This document shows, one piece after another, positions 46,609 to 59,477 of a stretch of 64,000 nt of DNA; the stretch's first letter is position 1, and every line of letters begins with the position of its first letter. The stretch covers positions 550,292 through 614,291 of the forward strand of contig OZ287707.1 of the NCBI GenBank assembly GCA_965649825.1, in the 5' to 3' direction. Under the pieces are notes generated by a model. That model was not told the DNA's origin. It saw only the letters and a program-made list of their open reading frames with translations, and ran no database searches. The DNA comes from Penicillus capitatus. Taxonomy: Eukaryota > Plantae > Chlorophyta. The position numbers were made by a program, and so were the translations under genes.

Positions 46609-47815
46609 TCAAAAAATGGGATAGACATGGTCAATTCGCCTACAATCAGCTAATCGTGTTATCGTGGGAAAAGAAGCGATCGCTACGCACCTTCTGAAGG
46701 CAGAACCGATACTAACCATTGATTCATTTTTTGCTTGCACGCCGACAATGGCCTGATAGATCTGTTCTCTTGCTTGGTCCAAAAGACTCTTTGGTTTCTG
46801 GCATCCAAAAAGCGCGTGTTATTTATTGGCACAAGAAGATTGCTTAAACAGGTGCTGACCGTTTTTTCATCTTTTGGACTGCCCGTCATGCTAAACAGAA
46901 AGAGGCCTTGGGTGGAATCGAAAGACTTGCCGTCGTGCATCAGCGATCCTTGTTCAGACATTGCACTAATGAACGCCATTGCCTCACTACATATCCAATC
47001 CATCAACGATAGACACCGGTTCAGACATTTAGACAGACAGACACCTGGGATGAATTCTGTGAAGATTTTCAAATCCAATCACCCCACGCGCACAGTCTTT
47101 GAATACAGAGACCATTTGATTTTGCATCTCTCCCTTCAAATCTGCATAGTCTTCTTTGTGTGCCTGATTCGAGATGCATCGCACAGAGTCTCATGTCCAT
47201 TCATGAAGTATTACTTTCATCATCGTGACGCATCCAGAGAGTGCCGGGCAATTCAAACTCTGTTTCAAGCTGAAAATGACGTTCTCGCAGACTTCTGGCT
47301 CTGTCATGCAGTAAAGGACAACGCCCACTCCTTTTCTGTGCCCATTCTTCTGCGCTTCGACGAAGACAGTGGTCTCGATGTCATTCAGGATAGTCGATTG
47401 ATGCGCACGCGGGTTCTCCGGCATGTACTTATCTTTGATAACTTTCAGAGCAGAAGCACGTGGGTCACACGCTTTGTTGGAAGAACAGCAGTCTAGAAAT
47501 CCATCTGTATAATACTTCGCGCAAAAGTGCGAAACGAGATCTACCCAGAAAGTGGCTGCAGAAGAGTGTCAGGAAACCTAAGAGTGTCGGAACGAACATA
47601 CTTTGTTATGTGCCTGTCAGTGCAGCATCCGAAGAAAGCACAGTAGGTGCCGAAGGCGGCCAAAACGCACAGCACACATTCTCGAAGGCCGCTTCCCCAG
47701 GTACGCTGATAGCGCTGACGCGGCGGATTTAGGAGGAATAACATAACGAGTGGCGCACCACTGTTTTTTGCGGCGTCTGTGCTGTTCTTTCTGTAGAGTT
47801 CGGTTCGGTCGTCAT
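46609..47815 (-). CDS. torsin-like / LAP1-LULL1-like degenerate AAA+ membrane protein
   Basis: The spliced product reads ...YADLKGEMQNQMVSVFKDCARGVIGFENLHRIHPSEAMAFISAMSEQG...TQGLFLFSM...SAFRRRIDHVYPIF*. There is a Cys-rich hydrophobic segment near the N-terminus. The 5' exons are less certain than the 3' exons. Confidence 0.55.
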
Positions 47816-49032
47816 TACAGCGCCAGTGAAACCTCACGAAGAAAAAGCCGTCGATCGAAACGACGAAATCGACCCGTAATGAATTGAACGCCATACAACG
47901 AGAATATAATGTCGGATGTGCGTCATCGACGAGAATTCTGTTCAAAAGCCACAGGAACAAGCAAAGTGATCTTGGAGCGAAGGAATCGCCCTCTGCTCTG
48001 AGTCGTTGCCCCGACCAACGCCCATCCATCTCCATCAAGTTTAATTCTCCATCTGATGAGTGTGGACAAATCCTGTGTGACGGCGAAAAGAGGAGAAATC
48101 ATTTCAGATGTGAACTGTTAAATTTGAAAAGGCTGGAGGATGAGAAAAGCGACGTCCTCTCAAGACTGCAACTCTGTTGCGTTTTGACCATTGAATCCTT
48201 GCTTGTCGTTTTTGGCAGACAGGAATTTGGATGATTAGATGCAGAGTTGGATAAGTAGGTGCATTTGTCGTACAAGTTCTGGAGAAAGTTACCCACTCGT
48301 CATCTCAGTCAGAGAGGTGCCCAGATGGAACGCTGTCACTCAAGAGTCGAAAAGTGTAACCTCGACGAAGTAAATGGAATCTCGTAGTTCGGATTTCATT
48401 TGCCCTGATCTGTGTCTTTCGTGGTGTTCACAAGCTCACCTTTTGGAAAATTGGAAAACTAAACAAGAGAGCATGTCGCGCAATCTCATGCAAGGTATTG
48501 CACACATTTTTGTTCCGTGATCATCCGCAATAAATGAATGCTTCACTCACAACCATGCAGTAACCAGACACATTATATTTGGCATCCGCTTTAGGCCCTC
48601 AGCTACGTCGCATGCTTTCTTGCACTGTTTTCTAAATCGAAGAACTGTCCATTGGAGACAGCACATCTGAGCGAAGAAACCACTCGAAACAGTTACTGAG
48701 TTGTAAGAAACAACAGCCTGATATTCATCGATGCCGCATGCTCTAGAGCAGTCTAGATCGACGAATCAAGCTACTGCTGCAAACCTACTCTCCAAATGAC
48801 CCTGCCACTGCATCTCATATTCTCTTAGGAGCGAAATGCGTCTCGTTCCTTGCGATTAAGTTCTCGTACACATCTAATTCAGGTTTCAGATCTTCAGCGT
48901 AACCGTTCTAGGGTCATCTGTCACATCACGTGGTGACGTATAGATTCTGAAGAGACGGTCTTGTCGTGTGTTGCCCTCTCTCCGTGGCTTCGACTCTCAC
49001 GCCATTCCATTTTCTATCGACGGCCCAGTCGA

Positions 49033-50128
49033 ATGGCGTTCGAGATGGACGACCAATTGCCACCGATGGAGAACTTTCTACCATCGGATGTTGCGCAAAT
49101 GCTGGAGGAGACAAGTGACATCGAAACACCACATCGTCTGTCTAGCTCTTCCTCTTCCTCTCCGCGATTCATCCTCCAACCGACGGCACAGCCATTCGTC
49201 CCCGTATGTCGTCAGATTGAAAACGCCTATGCACAAGAGCATGCTCTTCCAGTCTCTCCTACTGCGACCGCGCCGTCTTCTTGGCGGAACGCCTCAGCCT
49301 ATGGATTCGTACGAGCCAGTCGGGACGACCTTCACGACGTAAGAGCGTTGTCAAGTACCGATCTTCGGTTTGATCTTTCTGGAGCTCTAGGATGTCGATG
49401 ACGACAGGAATGATGTTTGAGCTGACGGATCGCCGCATGACGGTGACGGGGGAATCCGTCGAAGAGCACCCGTCGCAGCTTTTATCCGAGTTAATGCGTT
49501 TCGCAGCGCCGAGTGGTATTTGCCAGTTTGACGTTGACGCGCAGCCAATGTGATATGACGTTTATAGGCCCAAGACGTCAAGGAGAGGGCACACAAGATG
49601 AAGCACAAGGAATCCAACACATGTCAATACTCTCGGAGAAGTACTTTATCACGTCATGCCTTCTCAGTGCAAAAGAATGAAACCATCTGCAGTTCGATCC
49701 TGATTCGAATGACCCTTCTGGTGGCGGGATTCATCATCGGTCCAAATGGCGAGAGCGTTCGTGCCATTGTGACGAAGTCTGGGTCCGAGATACACTCCTG
49801 TACCAAAATGATTGAAGGGAAAGAATGCAGAGTCTTTTTCCTCGAGGTCACATGATCCTTCATCTTTGGAATCCATCGGATCCGATGAATTATGTCTCTG
49901 CAGGGAACACTGCCGTCTATGTTCCATGCGATCGATATAATGCTGGAAGCTGTGGGAAGATACAAAGACCTTGCCGAAGGGAAGTTTGTGGGACTTCAAG
50001 TCGATAAGAAGCAGAAAATACAGGGAATAGATTTCCATTATCAGCCACCGCCACGTGATGCCGTTCCTTTTGCTGCAACTTTGCGCTCGGACAGATCCGA
50101 GAGAACCAGACGTGTCGTCCGTACTTGA
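49033..50128 (+). CDS. KH-domain RNA-binding protein with a PAM2-like motif
   Basis: VAGFIIGPNGESVRAI (GxxG loop), AVGRYKDLAEG...YQPPPR. The N-terminus has LQPTAQPFVP. The middle exons are unresolved. Confidence 0.65.
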
Positions 50129-50609
50129 GAAGAAAACACTGTGGCGTTGTTTTGGCTGAGATCGGGCGTTCCACTTTTGCAGAGGGAGTTTTTTCGAACA
50201 TACTGTTATGCATTCCATCACTCAAGTGTGTGGCATGGATTGCATTTTTTTCCTTGGAAGGCAGAACTGGTACCTGTTTTGTCGTCGTCGTCGTCGTTCT
50301 TCCTGGTTGTTGTGTTGCATAAGTTATGCCTTTCTGAATTGCAGGTGTGTTTTGCACGGTTGTTCGTTGACGACTGGATGGTAGCCACTATCTATATTGG
50401 AGGAGATCCTCTTGATGGCTTCCTCCCAGTCACACTTATTGGAACATTGAGACACAAACTCATCGATAGGGATGTAAGGATTGAAGTATGTGTGAGTGAG
50501 TGTCCGGGTGTCCCTAACGTATGTGAAAACCAGAGGGTGGATAATTGTTTTGCCTCGCTAATGCACTATATTAGTAGATGATGCATCAAAGTCGCCTGTC
50601 CCCTCGTGG

Positions 50610-51553
50610 ATGCCCCTTTCCTTCGAGGCGATGCATCTTGCTGTCTCCAATCGAGTGATCCTTCGAGCATGTCCAGGGATTCGCAAGAGAGCCGTTATCG
50701 CACGTGCTCGCGACCGCGGAGAGTTGAGTTGGGTACACCGTCTAGCCCAAGTGTACGAATCGGATGCTGAACTTCTCGGCCTGTAGGATCCCGAAGGGTT
50801 GTTCGGTCGAGCAGAGACAGGACACATTGCCCGTCGGCAACTCGAAAAGAGACTCGAAACGGATAAAGAATTTGCTACAAAAGTCGCAGAAGTGTGACTT
50901 GACGTCTGTGCGTCAGACGGTCGTGATCTCACACTCTGTGCTTGTCCAGGCCAAAACAGAGATGCAGAAGGAGGCAGTGGCACGACGTGCTGTAATATCA
51001 AATCACCTACTTGTCTACTATCTCCTCCTGCTTCTTTGATTAGGGGCGTATCCAACCCGAAACGGAGGAGGGATTCATTGAGTACTTTCTCAATACCGAA
51101 ATGGAAGACATGCAATACGAAGTGTCTCGTTGGCGTCCGAAGCTAACGCCAAGATTCTTTGCCTTGTTGGATGAAACCATTGGAACAGAGCGCTTTGTGG
51201 AATCTCCAAACGAAAGCCGTCTGGCAGAACTCGAATCTCTGCGTGCCTACCTCGAGGCATCTTTCCTCAATGACATCAGAATCGCGTTTTTCACGAAGAC
51301 TGTGATGCAGGAGGCGGTCAAAGTGATCGATCGAGCCGTGAACGAAAGCGCATCCGTTACTGAGCGATTGAAGAAACTGTTGGTGGCGAAGGACAAGAAA
51401 GCGACAATCCTGGAGATGGTGGCGGCAAACGAGATCGACACACTCTTTATCGATTTCATGAACCAGAACATCGAAGCAGCCAAAGCAGCAGAAGAGACAG
51501 AAAAGGCAGGATACATGGAAAAGCTGAGAGATGCTTGTAAACGGTATTGTTAA
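50610..51553 (+). CDS. conserved plant/algal plastid protein of unknown function
   Basis: Transit-like start, then spliced W|DPEGLFGRAETGHIARR...FIEYFLNTEMEDMQYEVSRWRPKL...LKKLLVAKDKKATILEMVAANEID...YMEKLR. It resembles a plant plastid protein family that I cannot name with certainty. Confidence 0.7.
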
Positions 51554-51573
51554 GAAACCTGACGACGAACTCT

Positions 51574-53230
51574 CTAATCGTCCCATGTCCAGTTTGCATC
51601 GAACGAGAGGTTTTGGGAATACGGCGCTTCGGAATCCCACTCAAACCTTTCATCCTTCTCCGATGTGCCCAGCATGTCATGCAGCGCTCGCTGCAGTTCA
51701 TCTACGCCCTCCCCTGTCAAGGCACTGGTGTAAATCATATGATCCGGCAGCGATCCTCCACTGTGAATCTCTCTGCGTTCCTCAGCCGTACGCTGAATTG
51801 AGAGACGTATCTCTTCGAGACGTTCTGCAGGAGTGACCAGATCTATTTTGTTCAACGCGATGAGATGCGGTCTCGTGCAGTACTCTGGATTGTACATCCG
51901 AAGTTCCTCGCGAATGGTCTCGTAATCGGAAGCCGGCTCGGACAGCGAAACGTCGACGACGTGAAGGAGAATTCTCGTTCGCCTCACGTGTCTCAAGAAA
52001 TTGCGTCCCAATCCCCGTCCGATGTGCGCCCCTTCGATCAAACCGGGTAAATCGACCAGAACGGGATCTCCCTCCCGTCCCATCACACCCAGATTTGGAA
52101 CAAGTGTGGTAAACGGATACGATGCAATTTCGGGTCGGGCTTTGGACAGAGCAGCCAAGAGAGCAGATTTACCTGCATTGGGCAATCCGACCAAGCCTAC
52201 ATCCGCAACCAATCGCAGCAGCAACTGCAACATACACTCTTCTCCTGGCATTCCACGCATGTCGGTTCGCCAGTCGTCTTCAACCTCTATTGTCTGTACA
52301 GTCACTTTACTCTAAAAGATGGACGCTTCATGAATGGTAGAAAGGGCTTGTGTGGGCACACGTGCTTTGATGGTGATCGTTTGCGTCGTGGTTTTGCCTT
52401 TTTAGAAGGCACCACTACACCGTATCCTCCTCTGCCTCCTCTGGCAACAGTGAGTTCATCGCCCGTTCCCAGGAGCTCTCCCACGAAACGTCCTGATCCT
52501 TTGCGTTTGATCACCGTGCCCGGAGGTACAGGAATGATAAATGGAGGTGCTCTTCGGCGAGGTCGTTTTAAAGGGGACAGGGATTTGGACCCCTGGCTTC
52601 CTTCTTCCGGATTCCCCTGAGGCCCTTTCTTCGCCGTGTAGACATCCTTCGTGCGAAAATGCAGAAGAGAATCGAGAGACGCATCGCATTTCAGAACGAC
52701 ATCTCCTCCGTCCCCTCCGTCTGCCGGAGCCCCTGTCAGGCAAAACAGAATGTGGACGACAGCGCGTGGACAAATGGCTTTCATGCCAGCTGGCAGCCAA
52801 ATACGCTTGGGAGAACTTCTCCCTGGAGTGTACTTGTAGTTGCGAACGTATTTTCCTGCCTTCTGCTCTACGACCTCACCATCACCTCCACGCCCAGCTC
52901 TGCACAACAGATCTCTCGATGGCACATGCTGACGTCGCGCATCAGTGACCGACCTGACAGTGATGATAGCCTCGTCATAGAACTTATGCTTCTCTTTGCT
53001 CAACTCCTCTAAACACACGAGACCGCCGATCAGCGACGTCAAAAACCGAAGTCGTAACTGTCAGATATCTGCTGAGTCTTCGGAGTGGCGCGAACAATCG
53101 TTCTATCAAATCTCGGTGTGATCGCGCACGGACGTCTCGCCTGAATAGCAGACCTGTCCAAAACAGCGCTGCTATATGGCTTGTGTAAGGCAGCGAATCT
53201 GTGAAGGCCTTCTGAGGACAGGGCACACAT
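51574..53230 (-). CDS. Obg/CgtA GTPase, OBGC2-like (no C-terminal domain)
   Basis: KHKFYDEAIITVR|AGRGGDG, GGDGGDV, ARGGRGG, ADVGLVGLPNAGKS, YPFTTLVPNLG, DLPG, NKID. Confidence 0.9.
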
Positions 53231-53284
53231 GATGACAAGACGTTTGCATCTGTTGAGTACATGTGTGTTTCGGTCTGCAAGAGT

Positions 53285-55644
53285 TCAGTCAATTTGAAAG
53301 ACGGTGTATGTAACGCGCATGCGCTCACAGATGCGCGTTTTTTGCTCCAATGCCAGTGGCCTTGACAGATCAACGAAATCTTTCCTCAGTGACGGCCATT
53401 CGGAACGAGATGATGTGACATCTCGTGTCTGGAAGACATTCCAGCAGGCTCTGTACGTCTTTTCTAGTCGGTAGAGAGCATATCCTTGCGCCTCTCCATT
53501 GTCCACTCCGATCTCATTGCACCGTTCCAGGGCACGATGCAATTCAACCAGTGCCAATCTGAAGGTTGGGAAACCGAATGCGAACGAGATGGGACAGACG
53601 TCGTCATGTGTTACCTGCAGGGTACAAGAGACTTGTACGGATCGGGACCGGTTCTGTTGATCAGCGTCGCAAAAACGAAGTACAGTATTCCTCCGGCAAC
53701 CAGGATGGCAGGGATGGCGGCAATGAGGGCGACGTTGAGTTCATTCGCCCTCAAGATTTGATCCAATTCGAGCATGGCACTCTCGGTATCGACCTTGAGC
53801 TTCTGCACTTGAATCAAAAGAGCTCTAGCCAGTTGTCCATTGATCATGTTCTGCAGCGGACGCTTGAGCTCCGATTCGTATGTTCGCATCAAGATATCCA
53901 TCCCTTCGAGCATAGAATCTTCTGCGTATGCATTCTCCTGCGGAACATGGAGTCCGTTTTGCCGAGTGGTTTGTGCCAGCTATTGTTATCGTCGCTCACT
54001 TCGGTGATCTCTTTGGATTTCTTTCGGCTGGCGTCATCTTCCTTGAAGTCTTTGAGCATCCGTATCAAAGATGCCTTGCTCAGTTCGTAGTCCTCTTTCG
54101 ATACAACTCCGGGTGCCCTGTACGAAGCAGTATGCAAAAACGAAGACAAACGAGAATAGAGCAGTAGATACCCGTGGAAGGTGTCGAAGACTTCTTCTGT
54201 TAGATTTCTGAGAGGCTCGGCGACATGTGTTTCCATTGCAAATTTGACACCCTGTGCCCATTTGTACATGTCTTCGCTGCCGGACAGGGGACTGTGATTG
54301 TAGAGGAATTTGAGAAAGGATAGGCTGATGATCGAGATAACGGCGTAACGAATCCAATGCCTTTGCACACGGTTTGGGCGTTCGACCCACTTCGGAATCG
54401 ACACCAGCGATTCCACCATCCCTGAGATCGTGTACGTCCTCTCCATTGTCTCGTGCACCGATCTATGGACACGCTTTTCTCACAGCAGACGAAGAAGCCT
54501 CTCACCGATTTGGATCGCACACCAGATCAATACTCAAACGATCTCTGACCGTGGCAATAAGTTCTTGCAAAATCGAGATATCTAGAAAGATTGACACCAG
54601 TGCCAGTTTGGACGAAAGAGTGATGGAAACCGTAGTTTGCTTTGTAACTGTCCCTTGGAACATCTTCAGTGATGGAAGAGGCATGACTGCGTGATGACCC
54701 AACGGAGGATGTCACGCGTGAAGGGCTGACCCCTGCCATCTGTTGCTGCATTCTCGAGCGATCTTGCATCAGCGAAGACTCGAGTTGCATTTTTCTCACG
54801 ACATTGCAGATCTTCGTCAGACTGGCATTGATACGTACATGGGCTTTCTTTCCCAGATCTAATTGCTGTCCTTGTGCATTGGTTGACACTTCATCCAACT
54901 TCAATTGCTCTGGAAGCACGCATATGGGGACACCGCATGTCAATCCAATTACTGTGAAGCGCATTTAATGCGTACCAGCTGCATCTCGGACATCGGCTAG
55001 AGATTTTGACAGAAGTTTTTCCACATAAAGAAGGACTGCGATCTGCCGTCACATCACATCGCTGTCTGCAGAGATTTGCTGCGAGATACAGTCGTACTCT
55101 CTCTTCGATCATGTCCGTGGCCGATATGAGTTCTGCCCAGTTTTCTTTGAAGAGACGGAGAGTACGTTTAAATGTTTGAACAGGCCCTCTTTGGACAAAC
55201 ATCAACCACGCATGGTGGGAAGATCGCAAGCTGTGTTGCCAGTATGTCAAATTGGACTCCACTATTCTCATGTCTGCCAACAATCTCACACCATTCCCCC
55301 CATCAGTTTCAGATATCTTCAGAATCCATCCACACTACCTATCCGCCACGATCTGCGTCAACTGTGTGGCCGTCAACCACGCTTCGATGACATTCGGTTC
55401 CTACACAGTCATCACGTCTATTGCTCAGAGGAAGGGATCGGTCTCTTTTCTTCCTTACGACAGGAGCTTGGCGAAGAGAAACGAGAATGGACTGAAGAAC
55501 ACGTTCGTCGAGACCCACGATTGGGAGCTTGGATGCCGGGTCGACACGTCGCATCCTTTTCTTTCGAAAGATCAGAGTCCATAAGCCAATTCGGATGGCG
55601 TTGGGAATGGCAAGGAGACGACGGGTTAAGCGAAACAGCACCAT
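53285..55644 (-). CDS. DGS1: NCA2/DGS1-like mitochondrial membrane protein
   Basis: NRVQRHWIRY, YESELKRPLQNMINGQLARALLIQVQKLKVDTESAMLELDQILRANELN. Confidence 0.85.
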
Positions 55645-55695
55645 TTTGCATGAACATTACCGGTACGTCCGTGATCGGTTAGCCCACTCTCTGTC

Positions 55696-58347
55696 ATGTC
55701 ATGCAGAGTGGCTCGGCTTTCGGCTGCCATTCAAAGGATGTTTGTACAGCGCAGACATCCTGTCACTGGATTCATGGAGTGGGAGGCCGTCCAGGAAATG
55801 ACGGGTAATCCCTACTCGACACCGAAGTCTTGGCGCCAAAGATGTGAGCAGAGGATGTGAAAAGGGATGAGAGTGCCGTGGCCGATTTGATGAAATCGTC
55901 CCTCTATTTGGACATGATAAATGATAGATGGAGAAATCACTCTTACCGTCAGGCAATGCGAAAGATACTCAGACCAGGTAAGCAGAGAAGAGTGCGACAG
56001 AGAGAAAGATGCCGTCGCGCGAAGGACATAGGGTGTTGGATATTGGCACAGGTTCAGGGCTGCTGTCTCTGATGGCATCCGAGTTTCTCAGTCCAGCTAT
56101 CAGCGAGGGTAATGCCAACAGCATTGCCTTAAAATGACGAGGGCGCAACAAACCTACTGCTGTCGCTGTAGACTGCATTGTGGCCTGTGAAGTGTTTCCT
56201 CCTATGGCTTGTCTGGCACAGCAGATCATCGAACAACACAAACGAACAGATCGCATCCGAGTCATCCAGGCGCGATCTGATGAGCTGACTCCAGAAACCA
56301 CAGTGACAGAGTGTTGTATGCGTTCTCGGTGTTTTAGGGTTTGTCTTCCAGGGAGGGAAGTTTGATGTGCTCGTGACTGAGATTTTTGATTCTGGACTGA
56401 TTGGAGAGGGATTGTTGAATACCTTACGCCACGCCGTGCAGCATTTGGCACAGGAGAATGCCATGGTGATTCCTGCCAGAGCCAGAGTTTATGCTCAACT
56501 GGTACAGAGCTCGATCATGCAGCAATGGAAGGTGGGTGGGCAGGTGTCGAATGCCGAAAGAATTGATGGGACTGGTTAGACAGGAAGCAGACCTGTCTGC
56601 CGGATGGATGTTTCCTCTCAAGGAATGCGATCTGTCACCCTTATACCCTCAGCATCTCAAGCCGCTATCGCATCCTGCAGTTGTTTTTGAGTTTGATCTA
56701 TCGAATCCGCCCATGCAAAACAGATGCGTCAATTTGAAGGTTTGTTCCTGCGGAGTTCTGATCGGTTCACCTGTTTCCAGATTCCAATCGTAGATGATGG
56801 AAGAGCAGATGCCATTGTTGTATGGTGGACTCTAGATTGCGATCCGGACGGCGCCATTCAACTTTCGACGCAGCCGGTGTGGATTGAATCAAGTCATGAG
56901 CAACAGAAGTGGAGACAACATTGGAAACAGTGTTGGGCACCATTGCCTTCCGTTACAGTGCAAAAGACAACACATCTCACTCTACAATTCGAACATGATG
57001 ACCTCGATATCACTATCGGAATGCAACCGCAACAAACAGGCACGATAGACACCAAGGAGCAATGAACGATACAGTTGAGTGTGAACAGCAGATCCCCCAG
57101 ACTGTCCTATGTCGAATGCATCCCCCTTGATATGGAAGCAGTATACAACTAGAGCGAGTCCGCGAAGGTTATGGGAGATATCAAACGCTTCAAGGAAAGC
57201 GCATGACGATGATGTCGTGTCTCGAATGTTGGATATCGTGTGTTCGGAGCGTGAGGAAAAGAGTACATTGCACATCATGGTGTTAGGAGAAGGCATCTTC
57301 CTTGCTAAACAGATAGCAGCGAGACTGCCTACAGAGCAGCACGTAACGGTTACACTCGTTCAGGTAATGCTCCTCACACATAGAGTCCCTCCCCACATCG
57401 ATGGTGTGCGATCGATCCAGGAGACGCTTCTGGGATTCAAGGAAGCCTCGGCTCATGCCTCTTTGTGGACGACCGGACATTGCACGTTCCATTCCATCCA
57501 TCTTACAGATCTCCTCGATCGCCCTAAGGACCTGCAATCGAACACGCTCGTCGATGTCGTGATAGGTGAACCGTACTTTTGCTTCCATGAATATCAACTC
57601 CCTTGGATGCATTACGATGCATTTAAGCGATGCGTTGAACACCTGCAGGCGTCGGAACTGCTTGCTCCAGACTGCCGAATCTATCCATCAGGTCATCGTA
57701 TCTATCGGAATGCCATGACGCTTAGTTTAACAGGATATCATCTGCTGTGCTGTGGTGTGGCTCTCCCCGAATTGCACCGAACGCGTCAGAAACTCGATAG
57801 AATTGAAGGGTTGGATCTGACAATGCTCAATGGACCACTCGGAGCTGTGGGGTGTGTCCTATCCACCACTTCAGCATCCATGCACAGATTGCTTTTTATG
57901 TGCTGTTTTCAGATCGAATCTTTCCCCCTTGTCCTCGTTTCCCGGAATCCTATGGCAATGCGGAGGAGAGTTTCAAGTCCTGACTGAAAATTTCATTCTG
58001 ATGGAGAGTTCGATGATCCGTCCCAATACCGAATGGGATGATTCGAGATGCATCCATCTCAGAGGTGAAAGGGAAGGGAGATGTGATGCAGTCCTTGTCT
58101 GGCCAGAAGACAACTTCCTGAACAGCCCGTCCCCTCTTCAACATGTATCTCTACTATCCATCGATAAAGCGCCTCTCCTCGAATTCTTTCTATGTAGAAT
58201 GCATTCCAGCCCAGCGACGACCCGTCGAGTGAGGTCTATGGCATTTGCCTTCTGGGCGATCCCATATATGTGCGACCAGATGAAACGATCACAGTTAAGC
58301 TGGCAAGAGATGCTGACACTTTTAGATTCAGCGCGGTATCCCTTTGA
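55696..58347 (+). CDS. PRMT7: protein arginine methyltransferase PRMT7 (two PRMT modules)
   Basis: RRHPVTGFMEW, YLDMINDRWRN, VLDIGTGSGLL, LVTEIFDSGLIGEG, VVWW, HWKQC, then a degenerate second module (IGEPYF). Confidence 0.85.
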
Positions 58348-58513
58348 CGCTTTGCCTGAGTCTTCTACCGAATGTGCCATAAAGAAGCTCATGTACAGAA
58401 TGCTTGAGGGTATGCATTCTCTGATGAATGAATGATTGATCAGCGCCGATGATGTGACGGACGTTCTCGTTCGCATCGAACGAGGACGTTGTGACGCAAA
58501 CGCGATCCCCGCT

Positions 58514-59384
58514 ATGACGACATCTGTCTGTGATAAAGAGAACATCGCCATGTTCTTGCCACCCCGCTCGATTCCAGATCCCAAACCTGCAAGATACATT
58601 TCCAAAGTCCCTATCGCCACCGAACGCGCTCGTGCCGATCTCAATGCGCACGCAGTTTTCCAGCTCTGTTGGAAAAGAGACGTTCGAAATGGGTGCTCCT
58701 CGAAATTACCATGCGACTATGGGTCTGCCAAATGGACATGCGCGTAACAGAACTGACGCCTTCATGCGGAAAAGGAGGAATGAACGACAGCAATCGTCCG
58801 GAGCAAGCAAGAACATCTAACGGCACCCCGAGCACAGACGATTCGTCCGTTGTCTCAGAAACGGAGAAATGGATTAAACAGAAGATGAAAGCGGCGGTGC
58901 CTGACAGAAAAGAGAAGCCTGTTATGGGACTCGTCAGCGACAAAGACTACGTCTGCACAAATGCCGTGAAGGCGATTCTGTCCAAGCCTCCCAAGGCAGC
59001 ACCGCCGAAAAGATGGACACAGCGAAAGGGCTATGGCGAAACGCCATCGTTTTGCATCGCAGCCGCCGCCGCCTCTCAAGAAAATGCGTCACAAGATTCG
59101 ACACAGGCACGGGTTTTTCGTTTGGCCGTCCGTCTCCAATCCCTCTGCCATGTTCAAAGGAGCAAAGATGGACACAACTTACAGATGAAGAGCGTCGAGA
59201 TGTGCTCAGACATCTGAAAACGAAATGGGCACGTGTTAACGCATCTTACCAGAAGTTGCCGTTCAATTTAGATACCCCTGCGAAAAAGAGATGCAAGGAA
59301 GCGCATGAGCAACTGCTCACACAGATTGAAAAGGACATTCTCTCCCTGGAAGCATCGAAAATCATCGTCGTCTCCGATCAATGA
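58514..59384 (+). CDS. ENKUR: enkurin-family flagellar protein
   Basis: ENIAMFLPP..PKPARYISK, ATMG, KDYVCTNA, KGYGETP, LRHLKTKWARVNASYQKLPF...LTQIEKDILSLE. Confidence 0.75.
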
Positions 59385-59477
59385 TAAGGCAATCTCTATG
59401 ACAAGACCGCTCGAGAAACGACCATCATCGGCGGACCACGCATTTGCGTCTTGTCTCGTCGCGTTGCGCTCGTCAAA

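Noticed and set aside
1456-46683. Four cyanobacterial HIP1 octamers GCGATCGC (1456, 3567, 6678, 46676)
   Set aside because: The count is small, the background is rich in CG and GATC, and the sites lie in spliced nuclear genes. There is no evidence of bacterial origin.
46735-47496. 253-aa plus-strand ORF with a faint ribosomal protein S2-like look (RVLFIGT)
   Set aside because: It is antisense to a coherently spliced minus-strand gene and lacks other S2 motifs, so it is most likely a shadow ORF.
59107-59159. Possible additional GC-AG intron in enkurin
   Set aside because: An in-frame GT donor 6 nt downstream works equally well, so it was not counted.
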